Under the pieces are notes generated by a model. It was given only the letters and a program-made list of their open reading frames with translations. It was not told where the DNA came from and did no database searches. Positions 18,035 to 27,076 of a stretch of 64,000 nt of DNA are shown here, piece after piece. Source of the stretch: Escherichia virus TH55; the sequence record MT446421.1; one strand, given 5' to 3'. A program made the position numbers and the translations under genes. The stretch's first letter is position 1; each line of letters starts with the position of its first letter.

Positions 18035-18478
18035 TTAAATTTCAAATTCTTTGCGGAAGTTGGAAGCATAAGACTGAACTGATGCTTTGTTGAACCCAAA
18101 CTCACGCACAATCATATCAATAACAGCTCTGCGAGCAGCACCATTAGACATATTAACAGTTTTGAACATATCATAGCATAAATCTTTGTTGCTCATACCG
18201 GAGCGTTTAGGTGCCTTACGTTCAGCTTTTGGTTCAGCTTTAGGAGTAGGTTTAACTTCTGGTTTAACCTGTCCATCATTCAGACCTTTAAAAATTTTAC
18301 CTGCCAGAGTTGCCAGTTTAGCAGCTTCGCCACGAGTGATACCAAATACTGCCGGGTTAAATGAAATACCTTCAGCTGTCAGACGTTTGAAGAACATACG
18401 GGCTGCGGATTGTGCTTCAGCTTCAGAAGAGTTGTTTAATGCCAGTTTAACGTACTTAACCAGTTTTGAAGTTTTCAT
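18035..18478 (-). CDS. hypothetical protein (paralog of 18562..18987)
   Basis: 147 aa from MKTSKL; C-terminal NGAARRAVIDMIV...VQSYASNFRK shared with neighbour. Confidence 0.45.
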   Translation of the reverse strand: MKTSKLVKYVKLALNNSSEAEAQSAARMFFKRLTAEGISFNPAVFGITRGEAAKLATLAGKIFKGLNDGQVKPEVKPTPKAEPKAERKAPKRSGMSNKDLCYDMFKTVNMSNGAARRAVIDMIVREFGFNKASVQSYASNFRKEFEI

Positions 18479-18540
18479 TTTATTATCCCGTTTGTTTATT
18501 TGGTAACTCAGTATGGGATAATTATACATTATCCCACCTG
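18479..18540 (-). promoter_or_regulatory. early promoter/hairpin cassette (family 2)
   Basis: coding strand GTTTTAC...gggata atg TATAAT tatccc atactgagttaccaaataaa...ATG. Confidence 0.5.
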
Positions 18541-18561
18541 GAAGTAAAACACTTTTCTCAA

Positions 18562-18987
18562 TTATTTTTGAGCTTTGCGGAAGTTGGAAGCATATGACTG
18601 AACAACAGTCTTTTTGATATCATGGGTGTTAACCAGAACATCAATCAGAGCGCGACGAGCTGCACCATCTGCCATATCAATTTCTGCAAATGCCTGGAAG
18701 CAAATGTCACGAGCATTACCAGATTTTGACTGGATTTTTTCTTCTTTAACTTCTTCAATTGGGAATTCAATCATTTCAGCTTGGATTAATTCAATGATAG
18801 ATTCTTTTGACTGTTTGGTGTTTACCTTCAGTTCAGAATTAAGGGACTTGGCGATGGCAACAATCTGGGTTGAAGTCAGATGAATAAGTGCATCTTCACG
18901 AATGCAGATTTCACATACTTCATCGGCAACCATTTTGTTGGTGATGCGGGTAACAGAGAATGCAGAGGTCAGGGTCAGGAAGTTCAT
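18562..18987 (-). CDS. hypothetical protein (paralog of 18035..18478)
   Basis: 141 aa from MNFLTL; C-terminal DGAARRALIDVLV...VQSYASNFRK. Confidence 0.45.
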   Translation of the reverse strand: MNFLTLTSAFSVTRITNKMVADEVCEICIREDALIHLTSTQIVAIAKSLNSELKVNTKQSKESIIELIQAEMIEFPIEEVKEEKIQSKSGNARDICFQAFAEIDMADGAARRALIDVLVNTHDIKKTVVQSYASNFRKAQK

Positions 18988-19060
18988 TTTATTTCTCCAA
19001 AGTTTTGTTTGATTCAGTGTGTAACTCAGTATGGAATCATTATGCATCCAGTCAATTCGG
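18988..19060 (-). promoter_or_regulatory. early promoter/leader cassette (family 2)
   Basis: coding strand GTGTAC...CATAAT gattccatactgagttacacactg...ggag ATG. Confidence 0.45.
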
Positions 19061-19108
19061 ATGTACACTACTTTTTGAAGAAAATTTCAAATTTATTCGG
19101 GGTATAAA

Positions 19109-19127
19109 AAAGCCCGCAATGCGGGCT
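19109..19127 (-). terminator. rho-independent terminator
   Basis: agcccgc aat gcgggct hairpin next to A-run (T-run on minus strand), right after stop of 19129..19683. Confidence 0.5.
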
Positions 19128-19128
19128 G

Positions 19129-19683
19129 TTAGTTCTTATAAAAGCGGAACGGATTTATATGAAAGGCGAGCATAGCCTTAGGGATTGGTCGGGACAGAAG
19201 GCTCTTGAGCTTCCAACCACAATAAACGCGCAGATAAAAGGTGATTCCACCGACCTTGAGATAAGGAACAGAAGCAAAAACACCCCAGGCATTATCCGTC
19301 CACATCCAGAGCCATCCGTGATGAGCTTTATCCGGGGAACCGGATTCAACATCAGGATTGCCTTTATAATGGAATTCTGAATTGCAATCACGACCGAGCT
19401 TGTGGTAAGCAAAATTGTATGCTTTGTTTCGCCAGAGCCAAGCTACTCGTTGGAAGTAAACACCTAACGGCCATTTTCGGATTTTTGACCAACGTTTGAC
19501 ATGACCCCGGTCACCATCAATCGGATTATCATAAGTCATCATCCAATCAAACCCGAACGGAAGTTTACCAGTCTTTTTATTATAGAATGGAACTACAAAT
19601 GGAGCCAGGATAACGGCCAGAATCATGGAGATAAAATCCAGTGGAACTAACAGAATCCAACTCAAATATTTTAACAGTTTCAT
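19129..19683 (-). CDS. hypothetical membrane-anchored protein
   Basis: 184 aa from MKLLKYLSW with N-terminal hydrophobic helix; longer ORF start runs through upstream terminator. Confidence 0.45.
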   Translation of the reverse strand: MKLLKYLSWILLVPLDFISMILAVILAPFVVPFYNKKTGKLPFGFDWMMTYDNPIDGDRGHVKRWSKIRKWPLGVYFQRVAWLWRNKAYNFAYHKLGRDCNSEFHYKGNPDVESGSPDKAHHGWLWMWTDNAWGVFASVPYLKVGGITFYLRVYCGWKLKSLLSRPIPKAMLAFHINPFRFYKN

Positions 19684-19706
19684 ACGTTTCTCTTTAGTTG
19701 ATTTAT

Positions 19707-19735
19707 AAAAAAGCCCCAACCTTTCGGAAGGGGCT
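19707..19735 (-). terminator. rho-independent terminator
   Basis: agcccc...ggggct stem with tcgg-type loop and adjacent A-run on plus strand. Confidence 0.5.
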
Positions 19736-19772
19736 ATACCTTGTCGGGGTTCCACCTGCAAGGCAAGTGTTC

Positions 19773-20168
19773 TTATCCGCGAGCGAATGCCATTGCAGCG
19801 CGTTCGTTAGCACGGTCGGTGATGTTCAAGAATTTATCACGAGCGATTTCGATTGGAGCACCAACCCAGTCAGCAGCACCATTACCTGGAGACTGTTTAG
19901 GGCGAACCATATAAGTTGAAACTTTGGAACCGGCTAGTTTGGCACCAGGTGCCGCGGCATTTTTAACGTCTTTAGCTTTGATGCCAAACCCAGTTACGAT
20001 ACCCCAAGAAACGCCATTAACTGGTTTCTTGAACATAACACGGTCACCAATTGAAACACCGGCTTTTTCTGGAGCCACTAAAGAAAATTTACCAGCTTCA
20101 GTCAGTACGGATTCGGTGATGGTATTGCGATTTAAAAATTCTGCATATGTAAGCATTTTGTTTTCCAT
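19773..20168 (-). CDS. hypothetical protein, possible internal-protein-like leader
   Basis: 131 aa; N-terminus MLTYAEFLNRNTITE loosely resembles the MKTYQEFIAE leader. Confidence 0.4.
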   Translation of the reverse strand: MENKMLTYAEFLNRNTITESVLTEAGKFSLVAPEKAGVSIGDRVMFKKPVNGVSWGIVTGFGIKAKDVKNAAAPGAKLAGSKVSTYMVRPKQSPGNGAADWVGAPIEIARDKFLNITDRANERAAMAFARG

Positions 20169-20205
20169 TATTAGGGTTGTTGTTAATATTTATATTCCAT
20201 AGTAC

Positions 20206-20254
20206 CGGATGCACCATCCGCTCGGATTTCTCATACTACCGGACGCACCGTCCG
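20206..20254 (-). ncRNA. two tandem covarying hairpins (candidate small stable RNA or processing signal)
   Basis: cggatg-cac-catccg and cggacg-cac-cgtccg with compensatory changes, in a 225-bp noncoding stretch beside the tRNAs. Confidence 0.3.
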
Positions 20255-20392
20255 CTCTGGAAAAACTCCGTAAAAGGGTGCGCCGTTTCAGCTGTGATAT
20301 AAGGGGGCATCAACAAATCGTAAAGATTTATTAATGCCAGTCCTTAAACAGGGAACTTCAGTCCGACGACTTACCGGTAGCGACCCGGTTTC

Positions 20393-20632
20393 TCATTCAA
20401 TTGTAATAGCTAATTTGACTTTAACAACCTTATAATTGGAATCAAGGTCATTGAATTCCATAAAATTTGTTGCTAATCTGCGAGTCGGGAAACTTAGATA
20501 TTTATTATGCTCAGGTGGAGCGGTTAATGCAAACCATGGGACTTGTTTATCATTTTCATCAAACTCATCAAAGCTATAAACCAACTCGTTGTTGGTTATA
20601 TCCATAACTGCATATGATTCACTAATAACCAT
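20393..20632 (-). CDS. hypothetical protein
   Basis: 79 aa from MVISESY with GAGGA SD; longer ORF start overlaps tRNA-Arg. Confidence 0.35.
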   Translation of the reverse strand: MVISESYAVMDITNNELVYSFDEFDENDKQVPWFALTAPPEHNKYLSFPTRRLATNFMEFNDLDSNYKVVKVKLAITIE

Positions 20633-20648
20633 AATATCCTCGGTAATT

Positions 20649-20724
20649 GGTCGGGGTGGTGGGATTCTAACCCACAACCTACGGTTTAGAAGACCGTTGC
20701 TCTATACAATTGAGCTACACCCCG
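20649..20724 (-). tRNA. tRNA-Arg (anticodon TCT)
   Basis: hand-folded cloverleaf: acceptor CGGGGTG/CACCCCG, D-arm GCTC/GAGC, anticodon arm ACGGT-CTTCTAA-ACCGT, T-arm GTGGG-TTAGAAT-CCCAC, encoded CCA. Confidence 0.8.
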
Positions 20725-20800
20725 GGTGGCCCCATCCGGACTTGAACCGGAAACCTGCCAGTTATGAGCCGGATGCTCTAACCAATTGAGCTACAGGGCC
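20725..20800 (-). tRNA. tRNA-Met/Ile2 (anticodon CAT)
   Basis: acceptor GGCCCTG, D-arm GCTC-AATTGGTTA-GAGC, loop CTCATAA, T-arm TCCGG-TTCAAGT-CCGGA; anticodon stem has one mismatch; abuts tRNA-Arg. Confidence 0.7.
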
Positions 20801-20805
20801 TAAAA

Positions 20806-21075
20806 TTAAATTACAAATCCAGCGGGAGCATTATCATCTTTAACCATATGCTGAATTGTATGATAAGTCATTTCTTCTGGTGCAACCAGATAAGCCGCAG
20901 TGTTAACCAACGGGATTAATTTGACTTTATTGAATGTTGAACAACCAATTGACATAAAGGTTTCGCCTGTTGGATGCTGAATTTCGCCAAATTGGCACTC
21001 ATACGAAATAGAGCAACGTTTGGTAGTGGTTGTCTTTGTTTTAGGGTCGTAAAAAGCTAATTTTAATACTAACAT
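20806..21075 (-). CDS. hypothetical protein
   Basis: 89-aa ORF. Confidence 0.4.
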   Translation of the reverse strand: MLVLKLAFYDPKTKTTTTKRCSISYECQFGEIQHPTGETFMSIGCSTFNKVKLIPLVNTAAYLVAPEEMTYHTIQHMVKDDNAPAGFVI

Positions 21076-21195
21076 AACACCTCAAATAAAATTAAGTAAA
21101 GTAAGTTTGATTAATAGCACATGCTATTATGAAAGGTTCTTTGAGGGAAGAACCTTTGGTAATAGAGGGTACTTATTAATAATAACGCGTTTTTA

Positions 21196-21678
21196 TTAAA
21201 GCATATCAAGCGCTTTAACAGATGGGATTTGGATTTCTTCTTCGATTATATATAGCTTAACATAAGAAATTACACGCATGAAATCACCATCATTTTCACA
21301 AGCCATGCCTAAAAGTTCGGTCAGGGCTTCATTCAGGTAGTATTCTTCATCATCGCCATTTAGCAATGCATCTAAATCTTCTACACCCAGAACCTTACTT
21401 AAAAATTCATGGGTTAACTGACCAGATTTTACACCAGATGCAATGTAGTCGATAACCAAGTGTTTAACCACATCCCATTCTGAATTACCACATTTGTTGC
21501 GGTTATTGCAATGCGAACCATAGAAAAGTTCCAGGATATATTTGTACTGTTGTATTTCTTGTTCTTCTACACCAAATACAGTCTGGGTTTTATAATTATC
21601 ACCATCATTTTCCCAGGTTTCAATTTCAATCACATAACCTTTAGGGATGGTCTGACCAAATTTGATATTCATTCGCAT
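21196..21678 (-). CDS. hypothetical protein
   Basis: 160-aa ORF. Confidence 0.4.
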   Translation of the reverse strand: MRMNIKFGQTIPKGYVIEIETWENDGDNYKTQTVFGVEEQEIQQYKYILELFYGSHCNNRNKCGNSEWDVVKHLVIDYIASGVKSGQLTHEFLSKVLGVEDLDALLNGDDEEYYLNEALTELLGMACENDGDFMRVISYVKLYIIEEEIQIPSVKALDML

Positions 21679-22058
21679 GTTCCTTCATCAACAATAGTAT
21701 GCGTATTGGCATTAACAATCTGCCACCAGTCAAAACGGTTGGAACCATAACAAGGCTTCTTCTCGTTTTCTTTAATGATATCACGCAGTTCATCTTCAGT
21801 CGCAGCTTTTGCAATTAAGTCAGCATAACCGCCACGAGGATAATAGCTATCACCAGCAAAGAGCAAAAAGTTTGTTTTGATATTCTTGAATTCTTCAAGA
21901 GTAATAACTGTTCCACCCGGTTGAACAATATCCACATAACTATACCCTAATTCCTGGGCTTTATCTACTGCTTCAAGCAGGGTGTCATACGCCCACCCAA
22001 TTTGGCAATCTGATTTTTCAGATGGATTTGCCTGATAATCCGCATACACTTTATACAT
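21669..22058 (-). CDS. hypothetical protein
   Basis: about 129 aa from MYKVYADY; ORF-track N-terminus overlaps upstream gene. Confidence 0.4.
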   Translation of the reverse strand: MYKVYADYQANPSEKSDCQIGWAYDTLLEAVDKAQELGYSYVDIVQPGGTVITLEEFKNIKTNFLLFAGDSYYPRGGYADLIAKAATEDELRDIIKENEKKPCYGSNRFDWWQIVNANTHTIVDEGTCE

Positions 22059-22059
22059 T

Positions 22060-22245
22060 TTACTCACCTTTGGAGATTTTATCCATAACGAAAGAGATTG
22101 AACCAATTAAAAATGCAACTACTAAAGAGATTATATTCTCAGAAGTTGAAAGCATATTCAACATAAAGCCAGCAAACATGCTAAAACCAAAAACGGTAAC
22201 AGCAACAAGGGCAGTAACATTTCTAATTAATTCACAACGTTTCAT
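22060..22245 (-). CDS. small hydrophobic membrane protein
   Basis: 61 aa, two hydrophobic helices, behind family-1 cassette. Confidence 0.4.
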   Translation of the reverse strand: MKRCELIRNVTALVAVTVFGFSMFAGFMLNMLSTSENIISLVVAFLIGSISFVMDKISKGE

Positions 22246-22300
22246 TTTATTCTCCTCAGTAGTTGATGGGATAATTATACGCTATCCCATTCAAAAGTAC
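22246..22300 (-). promoter_or_regulatory. early promoter/hairpin cassette (family 1)
   Basis: coding strand gtgtac...gggata gcg TATAAT tatccc atcaactactgaggagaataaa ATG. Confidence 0.5.
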
Positions 22301-22302
22301 AC

Positions 22303-22557
22303 TTATTTTTTAGGGATACGATAGTAACGCATCTCAACATCTTTCTGCTTGTGCCACTTTTTGATAAGGTCTTCAGAACCTTTAATAGTAACGATGTCAT
22401 AGCGACCATCATGCGATACTTCAGCACTTAACTGCATGAAGTTGTCTAGTGAACGGCGCAATTCCTCATTAGAAAAACTACCACGCGGGGAACCAACATA
22501 AGCAAACTCAACTTTTGCATCTGCGGCTTCGTTAATAAATTCTTGATAAGTTTTCAT
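22303..22557 (-). CDS. internal-protein-like protein with capsid targeting sequence
   Basis: starts MKTYQEFINE; 84 aa. Confidence 0.55.
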   Translation of the reverse strand: MKTYQEFINEAADAKVEFAYVGSPRGSFSNEELRRSLDNFMQLSAEVSHDGRYDIVTIKGSEDLIKKWHKQKDVEMRYYRIPKK

Positions 22558-22612
22558 GTTGTCTCCAGTAGTTGATGAGATAATTATACTGCAGTTATCC
22601 CATCGCGTATAC
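22558..22612 (-). promoter_or_regulatory. early promoter/hairpin cassette (family 1)
   Basis: coding strand ...cagTATAATtatctcatcaactactggagacaac ATG. Confidence 0.45.
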
Positions 22613-22613
22613 T

Positions 22614-22856
22614 TTATTTTAAGTCTTCCAGACGTTTTTTCATCTTGGTGCCATTCTTAGCAATCTCGCCGGCATCAGAACAAAGAGCAAGGAGAGCTTT
22701 AACTTTACCCTGGTCGCCTTTAAAAGATGATGCATCTACTGAATCAGCAAGTTCTTTGATACGTGCAAACAGGCGCTCTGCTTCAGCAAGGGCTTGACCA
22801 AGTTTAACTTCCATACCATGGGAAGATTCTGTTATAAATGTTTGATAAGTTTTCAT
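22614..22856 (-). CDS. internal-protein-like protein with capsid targeting sequence
   Basis: starts MKTYQTFITE; 80 aa. Confidence 0.55.
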   Translation of the reverse strand: MKTYQTFITESSHGMEVKLGQALAEAERLFARIKELADSVDASSFKGDQGKVKALLALCSDAGEIAKNGTKMKKRLEDLK

Positions 22857-22864
22857 TTGAAATC

Positions 22865-23137
22865 CTATTTTAGATAAATTGCATATTTTTTATAACCAGC
22901 CGTCTCATGGCGAAGACCCTTGTCATTGGCAAAACGCTCAATGTTATTAATTTGGTTCTGGTCAAGTTCTGAAATGTCAAACGCAAAAAAGTTGCGTTTG
23001 TTACCAATTGTTATATGGTCAGTTAAGTCAATGCTATACAGGTGATTGATATTGTCAATCATAGCTTTGACTGCTTTACTAATTTTTACTTCTTCATTCA
23101 GTTGTGACTCGTTGAAAAATTCATTGAAAGTTTTCAT
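22865..23137 (-). CDS. internal-protein-like protein with capsid targeting sequence
   Basis: starts MKTFNEFFNE; 90 aa. Confidence 0.5.
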   Translation of the reverse strand: MKTFNEFFNESQLNEEVKISKAVKAMIDNINHLYSIDLTDHITIGNKRNFFAFDISELDQNQINNIERFANDKGLRHETAGYKKYAIYLK

Positions 23138-23145
23138 AAGAAACC

Positions 23146-23478
23146 TTATTTATAAAGTTTTGCCAGTTCTTTACGTCCGCGTGCAGACATAATAAATTGT
23201 TCATCGCCAATTTTAAAATAAGCCATACCGCCGTCAACAGCGATACCAATTTCTTTAGTACCTTCTTTGCCTTTCCACTTGCCACCAGATTTCAGGACAG
23301 CTTCAACTGCAGCTTTGGAATATTTGGACGTTTGAAAACGTTCATTACCAATCTGAAAGAAAACACCATCTGCATTTTTGGTTAAACCAAATTTCAGAGA
23401 GCCTTCACTATCATCAATTGATTTGGTCTCATTGATGGCGGATTCGGCTAAAAACTCGTTGTAAGTTTTGATGTTCAT
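23146..23478 (-). CDS. internal-protein-like protein with capsid targeting sequence
   Basis: starts MNIKTYNEFLAE; 110 aa; position equivalent to T4 ipI. Confidence 0.5.
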   Translation of the reverse strand: MNIKTYNEFLAESAINETKSIDDSEGSLKFGLTKNADGVFFQIGNERFQTSKYSKAAVEAVLKSGGKWKGKEGTKEIGIAVDGGMAYFKIGDEQFIMSARGRKELAKLYK

Positions 23479-23540
23479 ATTGACTCCGTTTGTTCATTCG
23501 TTGGTGTAGGAACATAATACTGCACCTACACTTATTTGTA
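23479..23540 (-). promoter_or_regulatory. early promoter/hairpin cassette (family 1)
   Basis: coding strand GTGTAC...gtgtagg tgcag TATTAT gtt cctacac caacgaatg...ggag...ATG. Confidence 0.45.
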
Positions 23541-23542
23541 CA

Positions 23543-24233
<691 letters not shown>

Positions 24234-24234
<1 letters not shown>

Positions 24235-24911
24235 TATATTACCTTATTAATTTTATCAAAAAGTTCTTCGAGTGTGCCATTGTTTTTAATAACAATGTCA
24301 CTAGCTAGTGGTGGAAGTCCAGCTTCCGTAATGTGTGTATCGGTAGAATGATTTGCTTCATCGCGTTCTACAAAGATTATTGTAGCACCCATCGCCCGAA
24401 GCGAATCAAGTTCGTTCTTTTGACGAACATCTGGGACAACGTAATATTTATATCCAGAATAGAGGTTGTCAAGATAATCGCACGCAAAAGTTTTAATCCA
24501 AAACATGCTGTCGAACTCTGTACAAACGATGTCAGTTCCAAGGGTCTGCATGAAACGTCTAACTGTCCAGGGCTCAACATTATTTAGTGTGTGAAATTCA
24601 ATGATTTTACGAACCATATCTGGATTCGGAAGGTCAAGATTGTATTGTTGTTTCAACCATTCAAGAGCATCAACCAGAAGAATATAAGCTTCGGTGTTGT
24701 TCATTATCAAGGTTTTTTCACGGTCATAACCTTGTCCATCAAAATTTTCCAGGGTCAAATTGTGTGGCAGGTCTTGACGAATCCACGCTTTATAAAGCGC
24801 TTCTTTAATCGGACCTGCAAGCTGCCACTTTGTTCCGTTTTGACTAATAACATAATCAGCAGTCGTATCTTTACCACTGCGTTTTTTACCCACAATCGCA
24901 ATTAATTTCAT
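24234..24911 (-). CDS. 1: deoxynucleoside monophosphate kinase gp1
   Basis: P-loop GKKRSGKDTTAD, ...MGATIIFVER...DTHITEAGLP matches T4 gp1. Confidence 0.88.
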
Positions 24912-25507
24912 ACGTTTCTCATAGATGGATGCATTGACTTAGACCTGATTTCCTGTTGCATTGCTGCATTACTATCAATCTGTGGTCTACCTTCTATTAT
25001 TATACCATCAATTTCTACAGCAAAAGACTTAAAGTTAAAAGTTGCTGTTGCATTGATAGCCGGGTCAGAATCTTCTTTATATGAATACTGAATCTCTGAC
25101 AGGTCGGACGGCCATGCTCCATAGTAATGGATTGACATGACAATTTTGTCCTTGTTGTTATCTAAGATATGAAGCGTGACCGCTTCGGGACGACCCTTCG
25201 GATGCCATGCTTTTGATTCGTGTGTGATGTAGTTGTTGAGCGAGAGCATCCATTTATAAATGTCAAGCCATGCTCTTAGGTCTTTGTCACACAGAAAGTT
25301 AACAATCAGTGGGTCGAATTCTATTGTACTACCAGGAAGACTGGAGCGATTTATACCTTGTGTTCCCCCAGGAACATCTGTCACAGGGATGTGAACACCA
25401 GGGAGGGTAACGTCTTGAACGTTGAGTTTAAAGGTCTGTGTGAGGTTTGAATCGCTTACCTCTAATATAAAGTTAGTCGTGTTAGTTTGATTATATAAAC
25501 CTGACAT
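24908..25507 (-). CDS. 3: tail completion/sheath stabiliser protein gp3 (by position)
   Basis: 199-aa ORF between genes 1 and 2, ATGA coupling to gene 1. Confidence 0.6.
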   Translation of the reverse strand: MSGLYNQTNTTNFILEVSDSNLTQTFKLNVQDVTLPGVHIPVTDVPGGTQGINRSSLPGSTIEFDPLIVNFLCDKDLRAWLDIYKWMLSLNNYITHESKAWHPKGRPEAVTLHILDNNKDKIVMSIHYYGAWPSDLSEIQYSYKEDSDPAINATATFNFKSFAVEIDGIIIEGRPQIDSNAAMQQEIRSKSMHPSMRNV

Positions 25508-25592
25508 AATGCACCTTGTTTGCTTTAAAACAATCAGTGTTATAATGGTTCTAGACCTTTTGTCCTTACCAATAACACTGACCGATAATAGA

Positions 25593-26267
25593 TTATTTTA
25601 TTAATGTGTTAAGTCTTAGCTTAGTCATAAACGGATAACGTTCCAACATTGGCTTTACCCAGTATCGAGGATGCAATTCCTTTTTATATGCTAAGACCAA
25701 CTCTCGAGCTTGCTCGACGGTATCAACTCCGAAGTTTTTACACATTTCTTGCCTATCTTTTTCCCACCGGCGCTTTCTCAATTCATCCTGAATCTCTTTA
25801 TTTTTAAAATGACCATTATTGCGAGAATGTTTTGTACCCTTGGTTGGACTGTAATGTCTTCCTTTGACAAACCCATCCGGAATATTTTCCCATGGAAATA
25901 GTTTTATCGATTTGACACCATTATTAAAGTAAACTTTACCGGTTTGACTTTTAGAAATATTGTCAGCGTGTCTACGTCTTAACCAACCAAATAATTTATT
26001 ATTGCGTTTCAAATACTTGCTTGACTGGCACATGGATGTAGCAGCAAAACTTAAACCTGGATTTGTAGGATATATTTTAACCAATAGTTGATGGGCTACA
26101 TAATGTTCCTCAGGAGTCAAATCGACCAGATTATCTGGGTCATTTGAACCACCCATACATTTCGGAATGATGTGATGAGATTCTTTATATGAAATCAGGA
26201 CCCTGTTACGGGCCCTTTCAATTAACGATGAATATATAAACTGATAATTCAAAGTGAATTTCTCCAT
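25593..26267 (-). mobile_element. HNH homing endonuclease (Mob-like) inserted between genes 3 and 2
   Basis: 224 aa; HNH core HHIIPKCMGGSNDPDNLVDLTPEEHYVAH; not present at this locus in T4. Confidence 0.7.
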
Positions 26268-27076
26268 ACTTTCTGGGAAGAATATCTTTTGCCTTTTGAA
26301 AAAAACTGCTGAAGGGGGAGTAATACCACATTTGCCCAGTCGCTGGGCTTGATTTCAGTGATAGTACCTTTTATATTGCCGGGTATATATGCTTTAATCA
26401 TCTGGTCAGCCCCTTTAAATCCCTTCACCTTTGACCAATCAATCTTCAGATGAGTCTTGTTTGTAATCGTAGGAGTATTAGCATATTGCTTAAGAAGTTC
26501 CTCAAGGAACTCTTGACGTGCCTTCGGTGGAATATAGTGCAAGTTCAAACCGTACATCAAATTATGCTTACCTAGACCAAGATAAATGATTAACGGATAT
26601 TTGTCCCAGTATGGAAGAGTATCCTTATGCTTTGCATCATAGATATAAGCATAAAGTTTACCTGGTTGAGGTTTAGCCGTTACGTGGCCGCGAACTGATT
26701 TCTTAATTGTCTCTGCGAACCATCTGGCAGATTTGGTGTTGCTTGCAGCGCCTTCGTTAGCAATCTTATCTCTTATGCTCTTCCTAAAGCTATTCACCAT
26801 TATCAGCTGGCGTTCAGCCTTCGTAAGTTTACCAGCAGGTTTCTTTTTGAGCTTGGATACTTTATAAGCAGTCTGAATTCTTGAATGATACCTCGACATG
26901 CTTTTGGTAAAGGTCGAATAGTTGATTCCTTTCTCTTCAGCAAACTTCTTCGAGGTCATTCCTTTTTCTTTTGCTGTATAAAATTCAACCCCTATCTCAA
27001 CCCATTGTTGTTCTGATTTACTGGGTTTCGGACCTGGTTTATCTGCAGATTCATTGATAAATGTAAAAATACTCAT
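26249..27076 (-). CDS. 2: DNA end protector protein gp2 (by position and size)
   Basis: about 275 aa; ATGA overlap with gene 4 stop; synteny 4-2-3-1. Confidence 0.6.
   Translation of the reverse strand: MSIFTFINESADKPGPKPSKSEQQWVEIGVEFYTAKEKGMTSKKFAEEKGINYSTFTKSMSRYHSRIQTAYKVSKLKKKPAGKLTKAERQLIMVNSFRKSIRDKIANEGAASNTKSARWFAETIKKSVRGHVTAKPQPGKLYAYIYDAKHKDTLPYWDKYPLIIYLGLGKHNLMYGLNLHYIPPKARQEFLEELLKQYANTPTITNKTHLKIDWSKVKGFKGADQMIKAYIPGNIKGTITEIKPSDWANVVLLPLQQFFSKGKRYSSQKVWRNSL

Noticed and set aside
19684-19761. N-terminal extension of ORF 19129..19761
   Set aside because: The extension spans a terminator hairpin; the start at MKLLKY (19683) has a proper SD.
20201-20258. Possible CRISPR-like repeat
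   Set aside because: Only two copies of a 22-bp unit, each a hairpin, with no spacer array or cas genes; interpreted as RNA structure.
20633-20677. N-terminal extension of ORF 20393..20677 (MWVRIPPPRPI)
   Set aside because: Overlaps the 3' end of tRNA-Arg; the internal Met at 20632 with GAGGA SD is the likelier start.
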